A DNA stretch of 48,900 nt from Octopus bimaculoides (GCF_001194135.2 NC_068982.1:106633257-106682156); one strand, 5' to 3'. Counted from the first letter of the stretch, positions 36,081-47,579 are shown. Program-made: numbers and translations. Notes: generated by a model from the sequence alone, not told the origin.

Positions 36081-36351
36081 TTATTACTATTATTACTGCT
36101 CATGTGTCCATTGTGTGTTTATCTAAGAAATCATTACGATTCTTTCTTACAATTGTCTCTGTTAAATGGAAGGTGCCACCATTGATAATTCTAATTGCAT
36201 GAATGTGTGAAAGGTACATGGTACAATGAGTCTTTCTCCTTAAAAGAACATTGGAAGTAATAATCACGGGTACATTCATCGATGACTTGGTTTTCGGAAA
36301 ATGTTGCCACTACTCGTAAAAAGCTTCTATCTATACTGACTTCAGTTCAAA

Positions 36352-36493
36352 TATGTATGCAAGTCTGTATGAATGTATGTGTGTATATGTATGTATGAAT
36401 GTATGTGCGTGTATGTATGTATGTATGTGTATGTATATATGTGCGTATGTATGTATACGTGTATGTATGTGTTGCATTGTATTGTATGCATTG

Positions 36494-36527
<34 letters not shown>

Positions 36528-36658
36528 TGTATGTATGTATGTATGTATGTCATTATTCAGTTTTATTTCAAGACTTCTTGTCAATAGAGAAAGAAGCGGT
36601 TTCTAACCTAGATCCAAAGCCCCTTCATCGGAATTTCAACATCAACAACAGGGTATTT
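36352..36658 (-). mobile_element. 3'UTR-only RLE LINE remnant (36552-36658) with (CATA)n tail (36352-36550)
   Basis: Minus-strand GGGGCTTTGGATCTAGGTTAGAAACCGCTTCTTTC resembles GGAGCTTTGTATCTTTGTTTGAAACCAGCTCCTTC in the 3'UTR at 37205-37308. Confidence 0.7.
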
Positions 36659-36659
36659 T

Positions 36660-37145
36660 TGTATGTATGTGTGTATGTATGTATGTATGTATGTATGTAT
36701 GTATGTATGTATGTATGTATGTATGTATGTATANNNNNNNNNNATGTATGTATGTATGTATGTATGTATGTATGTATGTATGTATGTATGTATGTATGTA
36801 TACATGTTGACTTGTATGTTTTGTTTTCCGAATGTCTTCTCGTGCATATACTTGCATATCTAGACATACTTAAATGATAAACTTCTGGAAAGTTTTATAG
36901 ATTTTTACAGTTCCAGTGATGGATTGGATCTGTAGTCTTCGAATCAGCATTCTCCTTTCTGATTTTTGAGAAGCCTAATTTCACAATATTGGTATTTAGG
37001 TAGTGGGTTATATATCCCAGTGCCCCAATAATTACAGGTATAAACCTGAACTTGTAATCTGGATAGAGTAACTGCAGAATTCTCAATAATTCAGCGTAGG
37101 TATTCTCTTTTTCATTGATCTTCAGCTCTATGTTAACATCTGCTG
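36660..37145 (-). mobile_element. 5'-truncated RLE LINE (endonuclease C-terminus and UTR) with (CATA)n tail at 36660-36802
   Basis: EISCPADVNIELKINEKENTYAELLRILQLLYPDYKFRFIPVIIGALG...QIQSITGTVKIYKTFQKF. Confidence 0.93.
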
Positions 37146-39274
37146 GGCAGCTGATTTCATATGTATATATGTGTATATGTATGTATGTATTCTATGTATG
37201 TGTTTCTCCTCAGTATTTAATCATTTAAGTTCTTCTTCTGAAGAAGGAGCTGGTTTCAAACAAAGATACAAAGCTCCATCTTTGGAAATGTAGATAACGA
37301 AAACAATGTCACATTTTAAACCTGAGAAAAGTCTTGCATAGTTTTACTATTCCTCTCACAGATTGTATTTGTGGTGCGTGAATCAGTTGGCTGATTTCTT
37401 TTTCTGAAAATCCAAGATTATCAAAACTGACAGTTAGGCATTTAGGCATTTGTTAATGAAACCAAGTATTCCAATTATTATTGGTATAAATGTAAAATTT
37501 GTAATCTGGATATAGATGTTGGAGGGTCCGAAGCAGTTGTCCATAGTTATCCTGTTTCTCTTTGATTTTCAAAATAGATATTCCCGTCAGCAATACAGCT
37601 GACCTCTATGATGGTACATACTTTTTCTTGGTCATCCAAAACAGCAATATCCGACCTGTTATGCTTACATTTGACGGATATTTTGATGGGTATGTTCCAC
37701 CAGTATCCCTTGTGCTGGTATTTGTGTACGTATTACAATAACAGGGGGATTTTCTATATTTATTCCAGGACAGTCTTTTTTCCGAAGAGCATTGTATATT
37801 ATTTTTGCGATAACGTCATGTCGCATAGGGGGTAGTACCTTGATGACATTTTTGGGCATCTGCTAATCACATGTTTGATGTCTTTCACAGAAATGTGACA
37901 TAATCAACAGTTACGGTTGCATCTTGGAACTCCAAGGGCTTCACTGTCTCTTTTGTTGATTAGGTATTTAGTAGCAATCTCCTGTTCTTGGATTGCTAAT
38001 GTATAGTTTTCGAAGTGTGATGTGATGTAGCGGTCATTATTACAAGAGAAGCTTCGCTACATGTCAATGTTACCATCTTCTTCAAGTCTACGAGAAATAT
38101 ACCCATGCATGGTCTTTTCACTTCCAGGTCTTCTTTGAGATATGCCAGTCTAGCTGATTAAGGGTTGTACGGGAGGTCATCAGGAAGAGAGTACTTCCTG
38201 AGGAGTCCACTTCCAACAAGTAGGATATTGTTTTCTTCACTTTTCAGCTCTAAGTCAATATATTTATTTTAGCTGTTGTTCTTTAGCAAGTGCTCTCTGT
38301 GAGAGACCATGCAACACTCGAAGGTTGTCTGCACTGACCTCAAGCCCCCTACCTCAATTATCTGTTCTTAGGTAGAGCCTGTCGATATCACTCTTTTTGT
38401 GGAGATTTCCAGTTGATGTTAGAATCTTGCGGGTTTTAATGTCTATGGAGTGGATTTCTTCTAATGACCAGTCAAGTATCTCAAATGTTGGAATCAGCAC
38501 TGGTACTGCAAATGCATTGTAGGTTATAGTCTTGTAAGTGGAGAGTTCAGACTGCCATATTTTCCTTAGTTCTTTCAAATTTTAATTTAGTCACTTACAT
38601 ATATTCTGGAGTCTTTTCTGTCAGGCCAATGTACAGGGATGCCGATCCGACAGAGTTGTGTGATGGTGGTACTGGTGGTGTCACTTTGTTTACGTTCTTG
38701 CTGGTCTCAGTGTAAGTATTTCGCTCGTCTGGAATATTGTCGAGAATATGAGTAGTATTACAGGAACAGAATATCTATCGCGATTTGTAACAGCCATTTT
38801 CTGAGCGAAGAAAGACGCCAGTTGTCGCAGTTGTTTAGCTGTGAAGTGGCTTAAATTTGTGTAATATTCGTCACCATATTTCTTTAACCGCTTCATGTAG
38901 CAAATAGCGGGAACCTCTCGAAGAACATTGAAGAACATCCTGATTTAACTACAAAGACCAGGTGAAATGAGAAGGGTACTTATGTTTTCGAAGACAACTC
39001 ACACGAATGGTACTGGTTTTGCTGTCAGTATTGGTGGTATTGTTATTATTGGAGTCAGCCATGATTGTACAAGCGAAATTCCACTTGGATGAAAATATTT
39101 TTAAATTCTAATATGAATGACACTAAGTTGGTGAGTAAAAGACAGTTTAGATCGGCATAGTTGCAGGAGAAACGTTCAAAAACACATTTTATATGATCTT
39201 CTGCAGTCTGTCGCTGACAACCATATTAATGTATGTATGTATGTATGTATGTATGTATGTATGTATGTATGTAT
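37146..39274 (-). mobile_element. Internally deleted RLE LINE retaining its N-terminus and 3' end, flanked by (CATA)n on both sides
   Basis: (CATA)n at 39229-39274; ~165-nt leader; ATG at 39062 (MADSNNNNTT...FTWSL.LNQDV...YMKRLKK..LSHFTAKQLRQ); jump at ~38600 to ELRKIWQSELS..NAFAVPVLIPTF..DIKTRKIL..SDIDRLYL; TSHFENY.LAIQEQEIATKYL; CHISVKDIKHVISRC; RHD; HNRSDIAVLD..IIEVSC; stop at 37309; CATA-type tail at 37146-37204. No RT core motifs were found. Confidence 0.88.
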
Positions 39275-39489
39275 GCAATAGACAATGTTGAACATATTTG
39301 GACAAATAGTGACTGGTAGTAAGAAATGAGTATTCATCACAAGATTGTATTCAACGTCAAGGGATATCAAAATTCTCTTTACTTCTTTTTCTTTTACAGT
39401 CATTTTCATTTCGTGAAAATATAATTCGCCAAAATCTCGTTAAAACTGTCGATTATATTTTCTGATTGGATTTATTGATTGATTGATAT

Positions 39490-40010
39490 GTCCAGTAATA
39501 AATCATAGTTATAATTATGGAATTAGAAAAATAGGAAAAAAATTATATATAATAACTGCATTTAGAATACACCAACCAAAATCCGTCGCAAAAGAATTAT
39601 ATTTACAACGAATACAAGGAAACGAGTGTCTTCTGTAAATATAAAGCTTATACAAAATATCTAGTAAAGAATTACTGGTAGCAAATTCAAATGTCTACAA
39701 AAGACTAGCAAAAATATTTTTCCCTTTCAAAGAAGCTAACAAACATAAAACAGACAGTAAGTAGAATGGACAAGCTACAACAAACATTAATAATAAGAAG
39801 AAAAAAACTAAGCTGAAATACGATTGCAAAAAAAAGCTTCGAACATGACTGAACAAAGCAGAAAAGGATGAAGGAAAATCTCAACGCAAGCTGGACTGAA
39901 AAGGAAGAGGCAAAGGTGAAACCGAATGATATTTTATTGTATCTCAGAAGACCAATCTCTTCGGACCAGAAAATATCAAAAGCAAATAATGTAGCAAAAT
40001 CCAAAAATAA
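39490..40010 (+). mobile_element. Old R4/Dong-like LINE fragment F8 (F1-like subfamily)
   Basis: FRIHQPKSVAKELYLQRIQG resembles F1 FRMHHPKSDIERLYIQRIEG; GETE...DQSLRTRKYQKQIM resembles F1 AETEG..DQSLPTRNYQKHIM. Confidence 0.7.
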
Positions 40011-40029
40011 CAATAATATGAAATTCGAA

Positions 40030-40356
40030 AATAATAATAATAATAATAATGGACTCTCTCGTCGAAGATGGCGTATGAATGTTCTGCTTTTTTGGTCGAA
40101 CGACCTGCACAAATGACTTGTTTATAATGATGTTGCCTAAACAGGTGCACAAATGTGTTGGAATCGATGTTGCATGAACAGGTGCTCAAATGTGTCACCA
40201 ACGTGAAATGAAGTGTTTTGCGCAAGAACACGACGCACCACCTGGTCTAGAAATTGAAACGACGATCTAGAAATTGAAACTACCCTAATCACTGGGCCAT
40301 GCGTCCTCACCTAAAATAATAATAACAATAATGATAATAACAATAATAATAATAAC

Positions 40357-40428
<72 letters not shown>
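40030..40428 (-). mobile_element. tRNA-derived SINE family D (40051-40311) embedded between two (AAT)n tracts
   Basis: Minus-strand head GGTGAGGACGCATGGCCCAGTGATTAGGGT, with a 20-bp internal tandem duplication in the head; 3' end shared with 2940-3030; (AAT)n at 40030-40050 and 40314-40428. Confidence 0.88.
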
Positions 40429-40429
<1 letters not shown>

Positions 40430-40442
40430 TGTGTGTGTGTGT

Positions 40443-40650
40443 AGGACTGTGTGTGTAATATACAAGACTTTATTCAAATTCAAAATGTGACATTCTTTTT
40501 GTGATCTACATTTCAGCGACGGGCTTTGTAACTTTGTTAGAAACCAGTTCCTTCTTTACAAGAAGATTTCAAATGATTGAAAGCAAAAGGGAACATACAC
40601 ACACATACATACATACATACATACATACATACATACATACATACATACAT
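40443..40650 (+). mobile_element. Short 3' end of the (CATA)n-lineage RLE LINE with (CATA)n tail
   Basis: TTCAAAATGTGACATTCTTTTTGTGATCTACATTTC...GGGCTTTGTAACTTTGTTAGAAACCAGTTCCTTC aligns with the reverse complement of 37205-37320; tail at 40593-40650. Confidence 0.9.
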
Positions 40651-40979
40651 GAAAACAAAGTTTAAAGATCCACACAAATCACATCATAATTTAAAACTAG
40701 AAAAATCAAGATGCACTGAAAATGTTCGTCTATTTTCAAAATATAGTAAACATTTTATGTTTACGCATTAATTCAAAATACGATGTATATAACAAAATTT
40801 GTCACAGATCTTTCCCGACTGATTTCAACACTAACTGGATATTTTAATTATAAGTTTTTATCAAGTTACATTAAAGGTTTTTGCATAATTTCAAAAGCAA
40901 TACAGAACAAAATAAAACAAAAATTAAATGAAATTATAAAAGAATTTACTAATCTGGATATTAATAAGTTTACGTTTAT

Positions 40980-41212
40980 AGGCGTAAGTATGGCTGAGTG
41001 GTTGAGAAACTAGCTATGCAAACTCATGGTTTCGGATTCAGTCCCACTGCGCAGCAAATGTTTACTATTATAGCCCTGGACCGACTAGTGCCTGGTAAGT
41101 AAGTGAGGTGCACGGAAACTGTGAGGAAGCCTGTCGAATATGTGTATGCGAGTGTGTGTTCGTGTGTATCTTAGTATTTGTCATGGATTTGTCCTCTACT
41201 TCGCTAGACAAC

Positions 41213-41247
<35 letters not shown>

Positions 41248-41450
41248 ATTTTGTGTCGTGTTTTCCCATACCACCGCTTAACAACCGGTGTTGCTTTGTT
41301 TACGTCCTGCAACTTATCTGTTCGGCAAAAAAAAAATACACCGATAGAATACGTACCAGACTTTTTTTTAAATATGTATTGGGGGGATCGATTCGTTCAA
41401 GACAGTACTTCAGCATGGCCGCAATCCAATGACTAAAATAAAAGATAAAA
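40980..41450 (+). mobile_element. Older, diverged SINE family A copy
   Basis: GGCGTAAGTATGGCTGAGTGG head, CGGAAACTGTGAGGAAGCCTGTCG, internal (GT)n, GTTTACGTCC and CAGCATGGCCGCA. Confidence 0.85.
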
Positions 41451-42099
41451 CATTCAGAATTACAACCGAATTATTGTAATGGAAACAACTTGTGAATTTT
41501 CTTGCATTATTCTGTACTAGCTGACCACGTGCCGTTAGTAATGACAGCTAATTGGAGTATGTTGTATATAAAATAAGGTACAAAATAAGCTACATAATAA
41601 TCACACATACAAACATTTACATACCTCCCTTGTACACGCACACACATACACACATATACTCACATAGAGTTGAAACGCTGATTTTTTTCACCCCTTCCTT
41701 TCTCTCATTGCTACTACTTTCTCTCACGCCCTCTCAGTCAGGGCTATTACTCTCACTACTTCTCCTTCACTGAATTACAATTTTTCTCTCCTCCTCCGTG
41801 TCTGGCGTGATTCTGGACAATGATATATATATATAAGCGCTACGCTCATTATTATATTAGATTATCGTATTTGCCGTGGTATAAGACGGGCTTTTTTCAT
41901 TCTTAAAAGTAACTTGAGAAAAACATTTGTTGACCTTGAAAATACCAAATTATGATTAAAACCAGCAGGGGTAAATGAATTTATGGCAAATTTTGTTATA
42001 TATTTTATGTTGAAATTTTGCACAAATATTAAATATTTTGAAATATAATGAAAATTTTCAGTGCATTTTCACTTCATAATTTTATAATTTTTCTTTTAT

Positions 42100-42294
42100 T
42101 TTTTTGACATATGTGTGTGTGTGTGTACATCTGTTTGCGTATTTTTAAATAAATATGTGTGTATACATGTATATATATATATACACACATATATATGTAT
42201 ATATATGCATATATGTACATATGCATATAAAAATATATGGTTATATATGTGTGTATATACATGTATGTATATATATATATGTATATATATAAAC

Positions 42295-42325
<31 letters not shown>

Positions 42326-42385
42326 CAAATATACACACGTGTATATATATATTGTGTATATATATATATATATAANNNNNNNNNN

Positions 42386-42417
<32 letters not shown>

Positions 42418-42683
42418 GTATATATTGCATGCATAGATATATACATATTAATGTCTTTATATATACGCATATTTATGTGTGTGTGTGTGTGTGTGTGTGT
42501 GCGTGCGTGTTTGTGTGTGCGTGGGTATGAATATGTGTGTGTGTGTATATATATTTTTAATATATATATATATATATGACAGGCAGAAAACTGACAGACA
42601 GACAGACAGGCAGACAGACAGACAGAGAGACAGATAGACAGATAGATAGACAGACAGACAGACAGATAGACAGACAGACAGAC

Positions 42684-42751
<68 letters not shown>

Positions 42752-42825
42752 TATACATACAGCATGGGGGGGAGCGAAAAAGAGAGAAATATATATGTAT
42801 GCATGTATGTATGTATATATGTATA
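42100..42825 (+). repeat. (TA/TG), (CAGA)n and (GATA)n microsatellite block
   Basis: Directly visible. Confidence 0.95.
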
Positions 42826-43127
42826 NNNNNNNNNNNNNNNNNNNNNNNNNNNNNNNNNNNNNNNNNNNNNNNNNNNNNNNNNNNNNNNNNNNNNNNNNNN
42901 NNNNNNNNNNNNNNNNNNNNNNNNNNNNNNNNNNNNNNNNNNNNNNNNNNNNNNNNNNNNNNNNNNNNNNNNNNNNNNNNNNNNNNNNNNNNNNNNNNNN
43001 NNNNNNNNNNNNNNNNNNNNNNTATATATATCAACGACAGGTTATTGAAGAAAGATCAATAGAAAATGGAGAGAAACATGAAACATGAAATAATGTTTTC
43101 TAGAACAAACACTCACAAATCCCTTCT

Positions 43128-43172
<45 letters not shown>

Positions 43173-43989
43173 CTTATTTCTTTCTCCCTCCCTCTTATCA
43201 CTTTCTCTTGTTATCATTCTCTTCTTTCACTCCGTTGAATTAAAACCTACAAACCTCCACCGTAAATTTCTCAACGCGATATTTACCTTATAAACTGAAG
43301 AACAAAGCGTGTTCACTCGTGTTACTAAAACTAAAACTCGGGGTGCCCGAGTGCTTTTTAATATGATTAAACGTAATATTTTAATAATCAACCTAAACAA
43401 ACGTAATAACGCTATATAAATGAACACGGTTATATAATTGAAATGCTATGTATAGATGTATAACATTCAATAAATAAAGCCGAATATTTTGTAATAGTCT
43501 GTATCGATTTTAATGGCCGATAAATAGAATCAGTTTTACGAATATGAACATATTAACAGGTACACAAACGCACCTAGCGTCACACATTTGAAAGATTATG
43601 TCGTCAAGACACTACATTCTTCAAAAATTCCATGCTGCCTGACATTCGCCAGCATTACTCCTAATCCGCCTTTGTACCCTTTCCTCTTTATGATTCTTTT
43701 ATTGTTCATTTTTCTGTCTCTGTTTGTTTTATTGTGTTGTGCATGCACTTCTAGCTTTCATTGGTGTCTTTCTTCACCTGACCTGTAGCTACTTTCTGCC
43801 TCCTCTTTACTCTTTTCCGACAAGTTGTAGTGCAATTGTATACAATAAGCTCATTAGTATTGTTGTTGTTGTTATCATTATTATTATTATTCATTGTCCA
43901 ACATATCCTTATTATTAATGCAAGGAATACATCTTTAGCGGATCAATGTCGTTTCGTTTTGCTTCTTTTTTTCTATTACCCTTCACTGA

Positions 43990-44217
43990 TGTGGAGGTGC
44001 AATGGCCCAGTGGTTAGAGCAGCAGACTCGCGGTCATAGGATCGCGGTTTCGATTCCCAGACCAGGCGTTGTGAGTGTTTATTGAGCGAAAACACATAGA
44101 GCTCCACGAGGCTCCGGCAGGGGATGGTGGTGAACCCTGCTGTACTCTTCCACCACAACTTTCTCTTACTTCCTGTTTCTGTTGTGCCTGTAATTCAAAG
44201 GGTCAGCCTTGTCACAC
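43990..44217 (+). mobile_element. tRNA-derived SINE family C, 5' part cut by a gap
   Basis: Box A TGGCCCAGTGG and box B GGTTTCGATTCC are followed by a non-tRNA body; there is no acceptor-stem closure. Confidence 0.85.
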
Positions 44218-44899
44218 NNNNNNNNNNNNNNNNNNNNNNNNNNNNNNNNNNNNNNNNNNNNNNNNNNNNNNNNNNNNNNNNNNNNNNNNNNNNNNNNNNN
44301 NNNNNNNNNNNNNNNNNNNNNNNNNNNNNNNNNNNNNNNNNNNNNNNNNNNNNNNNNNNNNNNNNNNNNNNNNNNNNNNNNNNNNNNNNNNNNNNNNNNN
44401 NNNNNNNNNNNNNNNNNNNNNNNNNNNNNNNNNNNNNNNNNNNNNNNNNNNNNNNNNNNNNNNNNNNNNNNNNNNNNNNNNNNNNNNNNNNNNNNNNNNN
44501 NNNNNNNNNNNNNNNNNNNNNNNNNNNNNNNNNNNNNNNNNNNNNNNNNNNNNNNNNNNNNNNNNNNNNNNNNNNNNNNNNNNNNNNNNNNNNNNNNNNN
44601 NNNNNNNNNNNNNNNNNNNNNNNNNNNNNNNNNNNNNNNNNNNNNNNNNNNNNNNNNNNNNNNNNNNNNNNNNNNNNNNNNNNNNNNNNNNNNNNNNNNN
44701 NNNNNNNNNNNNNNNNNNNNNNNNNNNNNNNNNNNNNNNNNNNNNNNNNNNNNNNNNNNNNNNNNNNNNNNNNNNNNNNNNNNNNNNNNNNNNNNNNNNN
44801 NNNNNNNNNNNNNNNNNNNNNNNNNNNNNNNNNNNNNNNNNNNNNNNNNNNNNNNNNNNNNNNNNNNNNNNNNNNNNNNNNNNNNNNNNNNNNNNNNNN

Positions 44900-45200
44900 A
44901 TTTGAACTCAGAACGTAAAAACAGACGAAATACTGCTAAGTATTTCGCCGGGCGCACTGACGTTTCTTAGTTCTTTATTGCCCACAAGGGGCTAAACATA
45001 GAGGGGACAAACAAGGACAGACAAAAGAATTAAGTTGATTACATCATCCCCAGTGCGTAACTGGTACTTAATTTATCGACCCCGAAAGGATGAAAAGTAA
45101 AGTCGACCCCGGCAGAATTTGAACTCAGAACGTAACGGCAGACGAAATACCGCTAAGTATTTCGCCCGGCGTGCTCACGTTTCTGCCAGCTCGCCGCCTT
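44900..45200 (-). mobile_element. SINE family B, full-length young copy (44966-45200) plus a partial copy (44900-44965)
   Basis: Reverse complement: GGCGGCGAGCTGGCAGAAACG..TTCTGAGTTCAAATTCTGCCGGGGTCGACTTTACTTTTCATCCTTTCGGGGTCGATAAATTAAGTACCAG. The central segment resembles the Meta/MESC SINE domain as I recall it. Confidence 0.95.
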
Positions 45201-45513
45201 ACACGCAACTAGTCCATATTGCAATGATGGAAGACCTTGTGTTAAAATGGTGAGGAGATTTAATGCATGTAGTTGGAAAATATCCAAAACAAAATCTCGC
45301 TGAGAAAAAACCTCCAATGACACACCATGTGATATTGATTAAATTGTTGCTGTTGTTGTTTATCTTCACATGATAGAATTTTCAGTGATTACCATCCTGC
45401 ACTATTATCCAAACGTAATATAGGTTTGCATTTAACGCGTTTTTGTTTTACTTTTTAAAGAGAGAATTTAGTGAGGTTTAGCAGCGACGTAGCGGTTCAC
45501 TCGTTAGATTGTT

Positions 45514-46000
45514 AATATTGAATTATATGAACAAGGCGGCGAGCTGGCAGAATCGTTAGTACGCCGGGCAAAATGCTTTGCGGCGTTTCGTATGTCTTTA
45601 CGTTCTGACTTCAAATTACGCTGAGGTCAGCTTTACCTGCTTTCCCTTCGGGGTCGGTAAAAATAAGTACCAGTTGCGTACTGGGTCAATCTAATCGACT
45701 GGACCCCTCCTCCAAAATTTTGGGCCTTGTGCCTAGAGTAGATAAGAATATTGAATTATATGAACAAGGCGGCGAGCTTGCAGAATCGTTAGTACGCCGG
45801 GCAAAATGTTTTGCAGCATTTCGTCACTCTTTACGTTCTGAGTTCAAATTCCGCTGAGGTCGACTTTACCTGTCATCCTTTCAGGGTCGTTAAAATAAGT
45901 ACCAGTTGAGCACTGGGGTCGATGTAATCGACTTACCTCCTCTTCTGAAATTGCTGGCCTTGTACCAAAATTTGAAACTAATATTAAATTATATATAAAG
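45514..46000 (+). mobile_element. Two tandem SINE family B copies (45533-45746, 45766-45985) separated and flanked by a repeated 19-bp site
   Basis: AATATTGAATTATATGAAC at 45514 and 45747, with the variant AATATTAAATTATATATAA at ~45980. Confidence 0.93.
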
Positions 46001-46226
46001 TTATTCAAAGAAAAACGGATGTGACGGAAGAACAAAACTTACCCGCAGATACTAATTCTTGAAATGGAGATCATTGATACTGAAACATGACCTCATATCT
46101 GTCTGTTTCTTTCTCTTTCTTTTTCTCTCCCTCTCTCTCTCTCTCTCCCTCCCTCTTTCTTTTTCGTCTTCTTCTTGGTCATTAAAACATAATGTTGTCT
46201 CTAAGTGAGTAAATAACACTTTCGCC

Positions 46227-47158
46227 GGATCTTTTTGGTTTGACGGGCAACATTTTTCATTTATGTTTTATGTAGTGTTTTTGGTACCGAAACACTTTCA
46301 AACTTCGTATACTTGTATATTTTGTGTTATAGAACAGATAAAAAAATTTGTAGCTAATAAGGGGGAAAAGGCCATCAAAATACTTGAATATTGCCTGCAC
46401 GTGTTATTGGAGCTGGCAGAATTATTAATGCACCTCCACCAAGTGCTTCATTTCCTAGAAATAGCAGCCAAATCTTCTTCCTAGTTNNNNNNNNNNNNNN
46501 NNNNNNNNNNNNNNNNNNNNNNNNNNNNNNNNNNNNNNNNNNNNNNNNNNNNNNNNNNNNNNNNNNNNNNNNNNNNNNNNNNNNNNNNNNNNNNNNNNNN
46601 NNNNNNNNNNNNNNNNNNNNNNNNNNNNNNNNNNNNNNNNNNNNNNNNNNNNNNNNNNNNNNNNNNNNNNNNNNNNNNNNNNNNNNNNNNNNNNNNNNNN
46701 NNNNNNNNNNNNNNNNNNNNNNNNNNNNNNNNNNNNNNNNNNNNNNNNNNNNNNNNNNAGAAAATGTGTTACTGAGTACTAGCGAAAAATTGTTACAAAC
46801 ACAGATACGCACAGCGTAATTTATTATATAAACAATATAAACGTATAAATTACCATTTTTCTGTAATTTTGTCTGCTTCAAAAGAAAACAAACCAAAAAA
46901 CCGGATGAAATATGTCAACAAGAGATTAATACCATATACACCGCCACAGCAGTAACTGTATTCAGCTGAATAGACGTCAGTGATTGGTTGAAATTACAGA
47001 AATACGACAACTTTAACATGAAATAACTTGCGATGTACAATTTTTTGTTAAGAAGGCTAAGAGAAAAAGTTGTTTTAAATGATACATTCTATCAGTGTCC
47101 CAAATTTGAAAGTGCTTCGTTAAGAAAACAAGTGTTGTCCGTCAAACCAAAAAGATCC
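46227..47158. mobile_element. Non-autonomous DNA transposon with 26-bp TIRs and 8-bp TSD (Merlin-like)
   Basis: Left TIR GGATCTTTTTGGTTTGACGGGCAACA (46227-46252) versus right TGTTGTCCGTCAAACCAAAAAGATCC (47133-47158), 25/26 complementary; TSD CTTTCGCC at 46219-46226 and 47159-47166. The superfamily assignment is an inference. Confidence 0.92.
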
Positions 47159-47310
47159 CTTTCGCCGTTGTAGAATTCTGTTGAGACATAACACGAGAAA
47201 GAAAGAGAAGCAGACGATATGAAAGGTGATGTCCAGACATACGCATATTTAAATAAGAAATATGCTTGATTGAAAAGTATATAAATACATGTATACATGT
47301 ACAAACAGAA

Positions 47311-47341
<31 letters not shown>

Positions 47342-47579
47342 CATAACACGCACACACATGTATATATACATAACTTAAAAGCCTATTTACTACGTGTGAA
47401 CAATAGTTTATTTTCATAAATGGAAGGTTATATAAATATAAAATATATTATAGAAATATGAAAATATTAAAAAATGCAAAAATGTTGCTATTATCAAATA
47501 TATAAGTTTCTGCGTCAATAAACAAAAGCGAAGCAGTTATTTCATGAAATAGGGAAATGCTCTTCTTAGAATGGTAGGA

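Noticed and set aside
38620-38660. SLYIGLTEK as a Penelope GIY-YIG motif
   Set aside because: No upstream GIY/VY strand and no downstream R/H motifs. The region is better explained as the N-terminal part of the surrounding RLE element.
41862-41900. TATCGTATTTGCCGTGGTATAAGACG resembling a TcMar/pogo-type terminus
   Set aside because: No matching opposite TIR was found in the window.
43337-43353. ACTCGGG-GTG-CCCGAGT palindrome
   Set aside because: A 7-bp stem is expected by chance in 49 kb.
43990-44070. tRNA-like sequence
   Set aside because: It has A and B boxes but no closable cloverleaf and continues into a SINE body that recurs at 24970-25160. The same applies to the other SINE heads.
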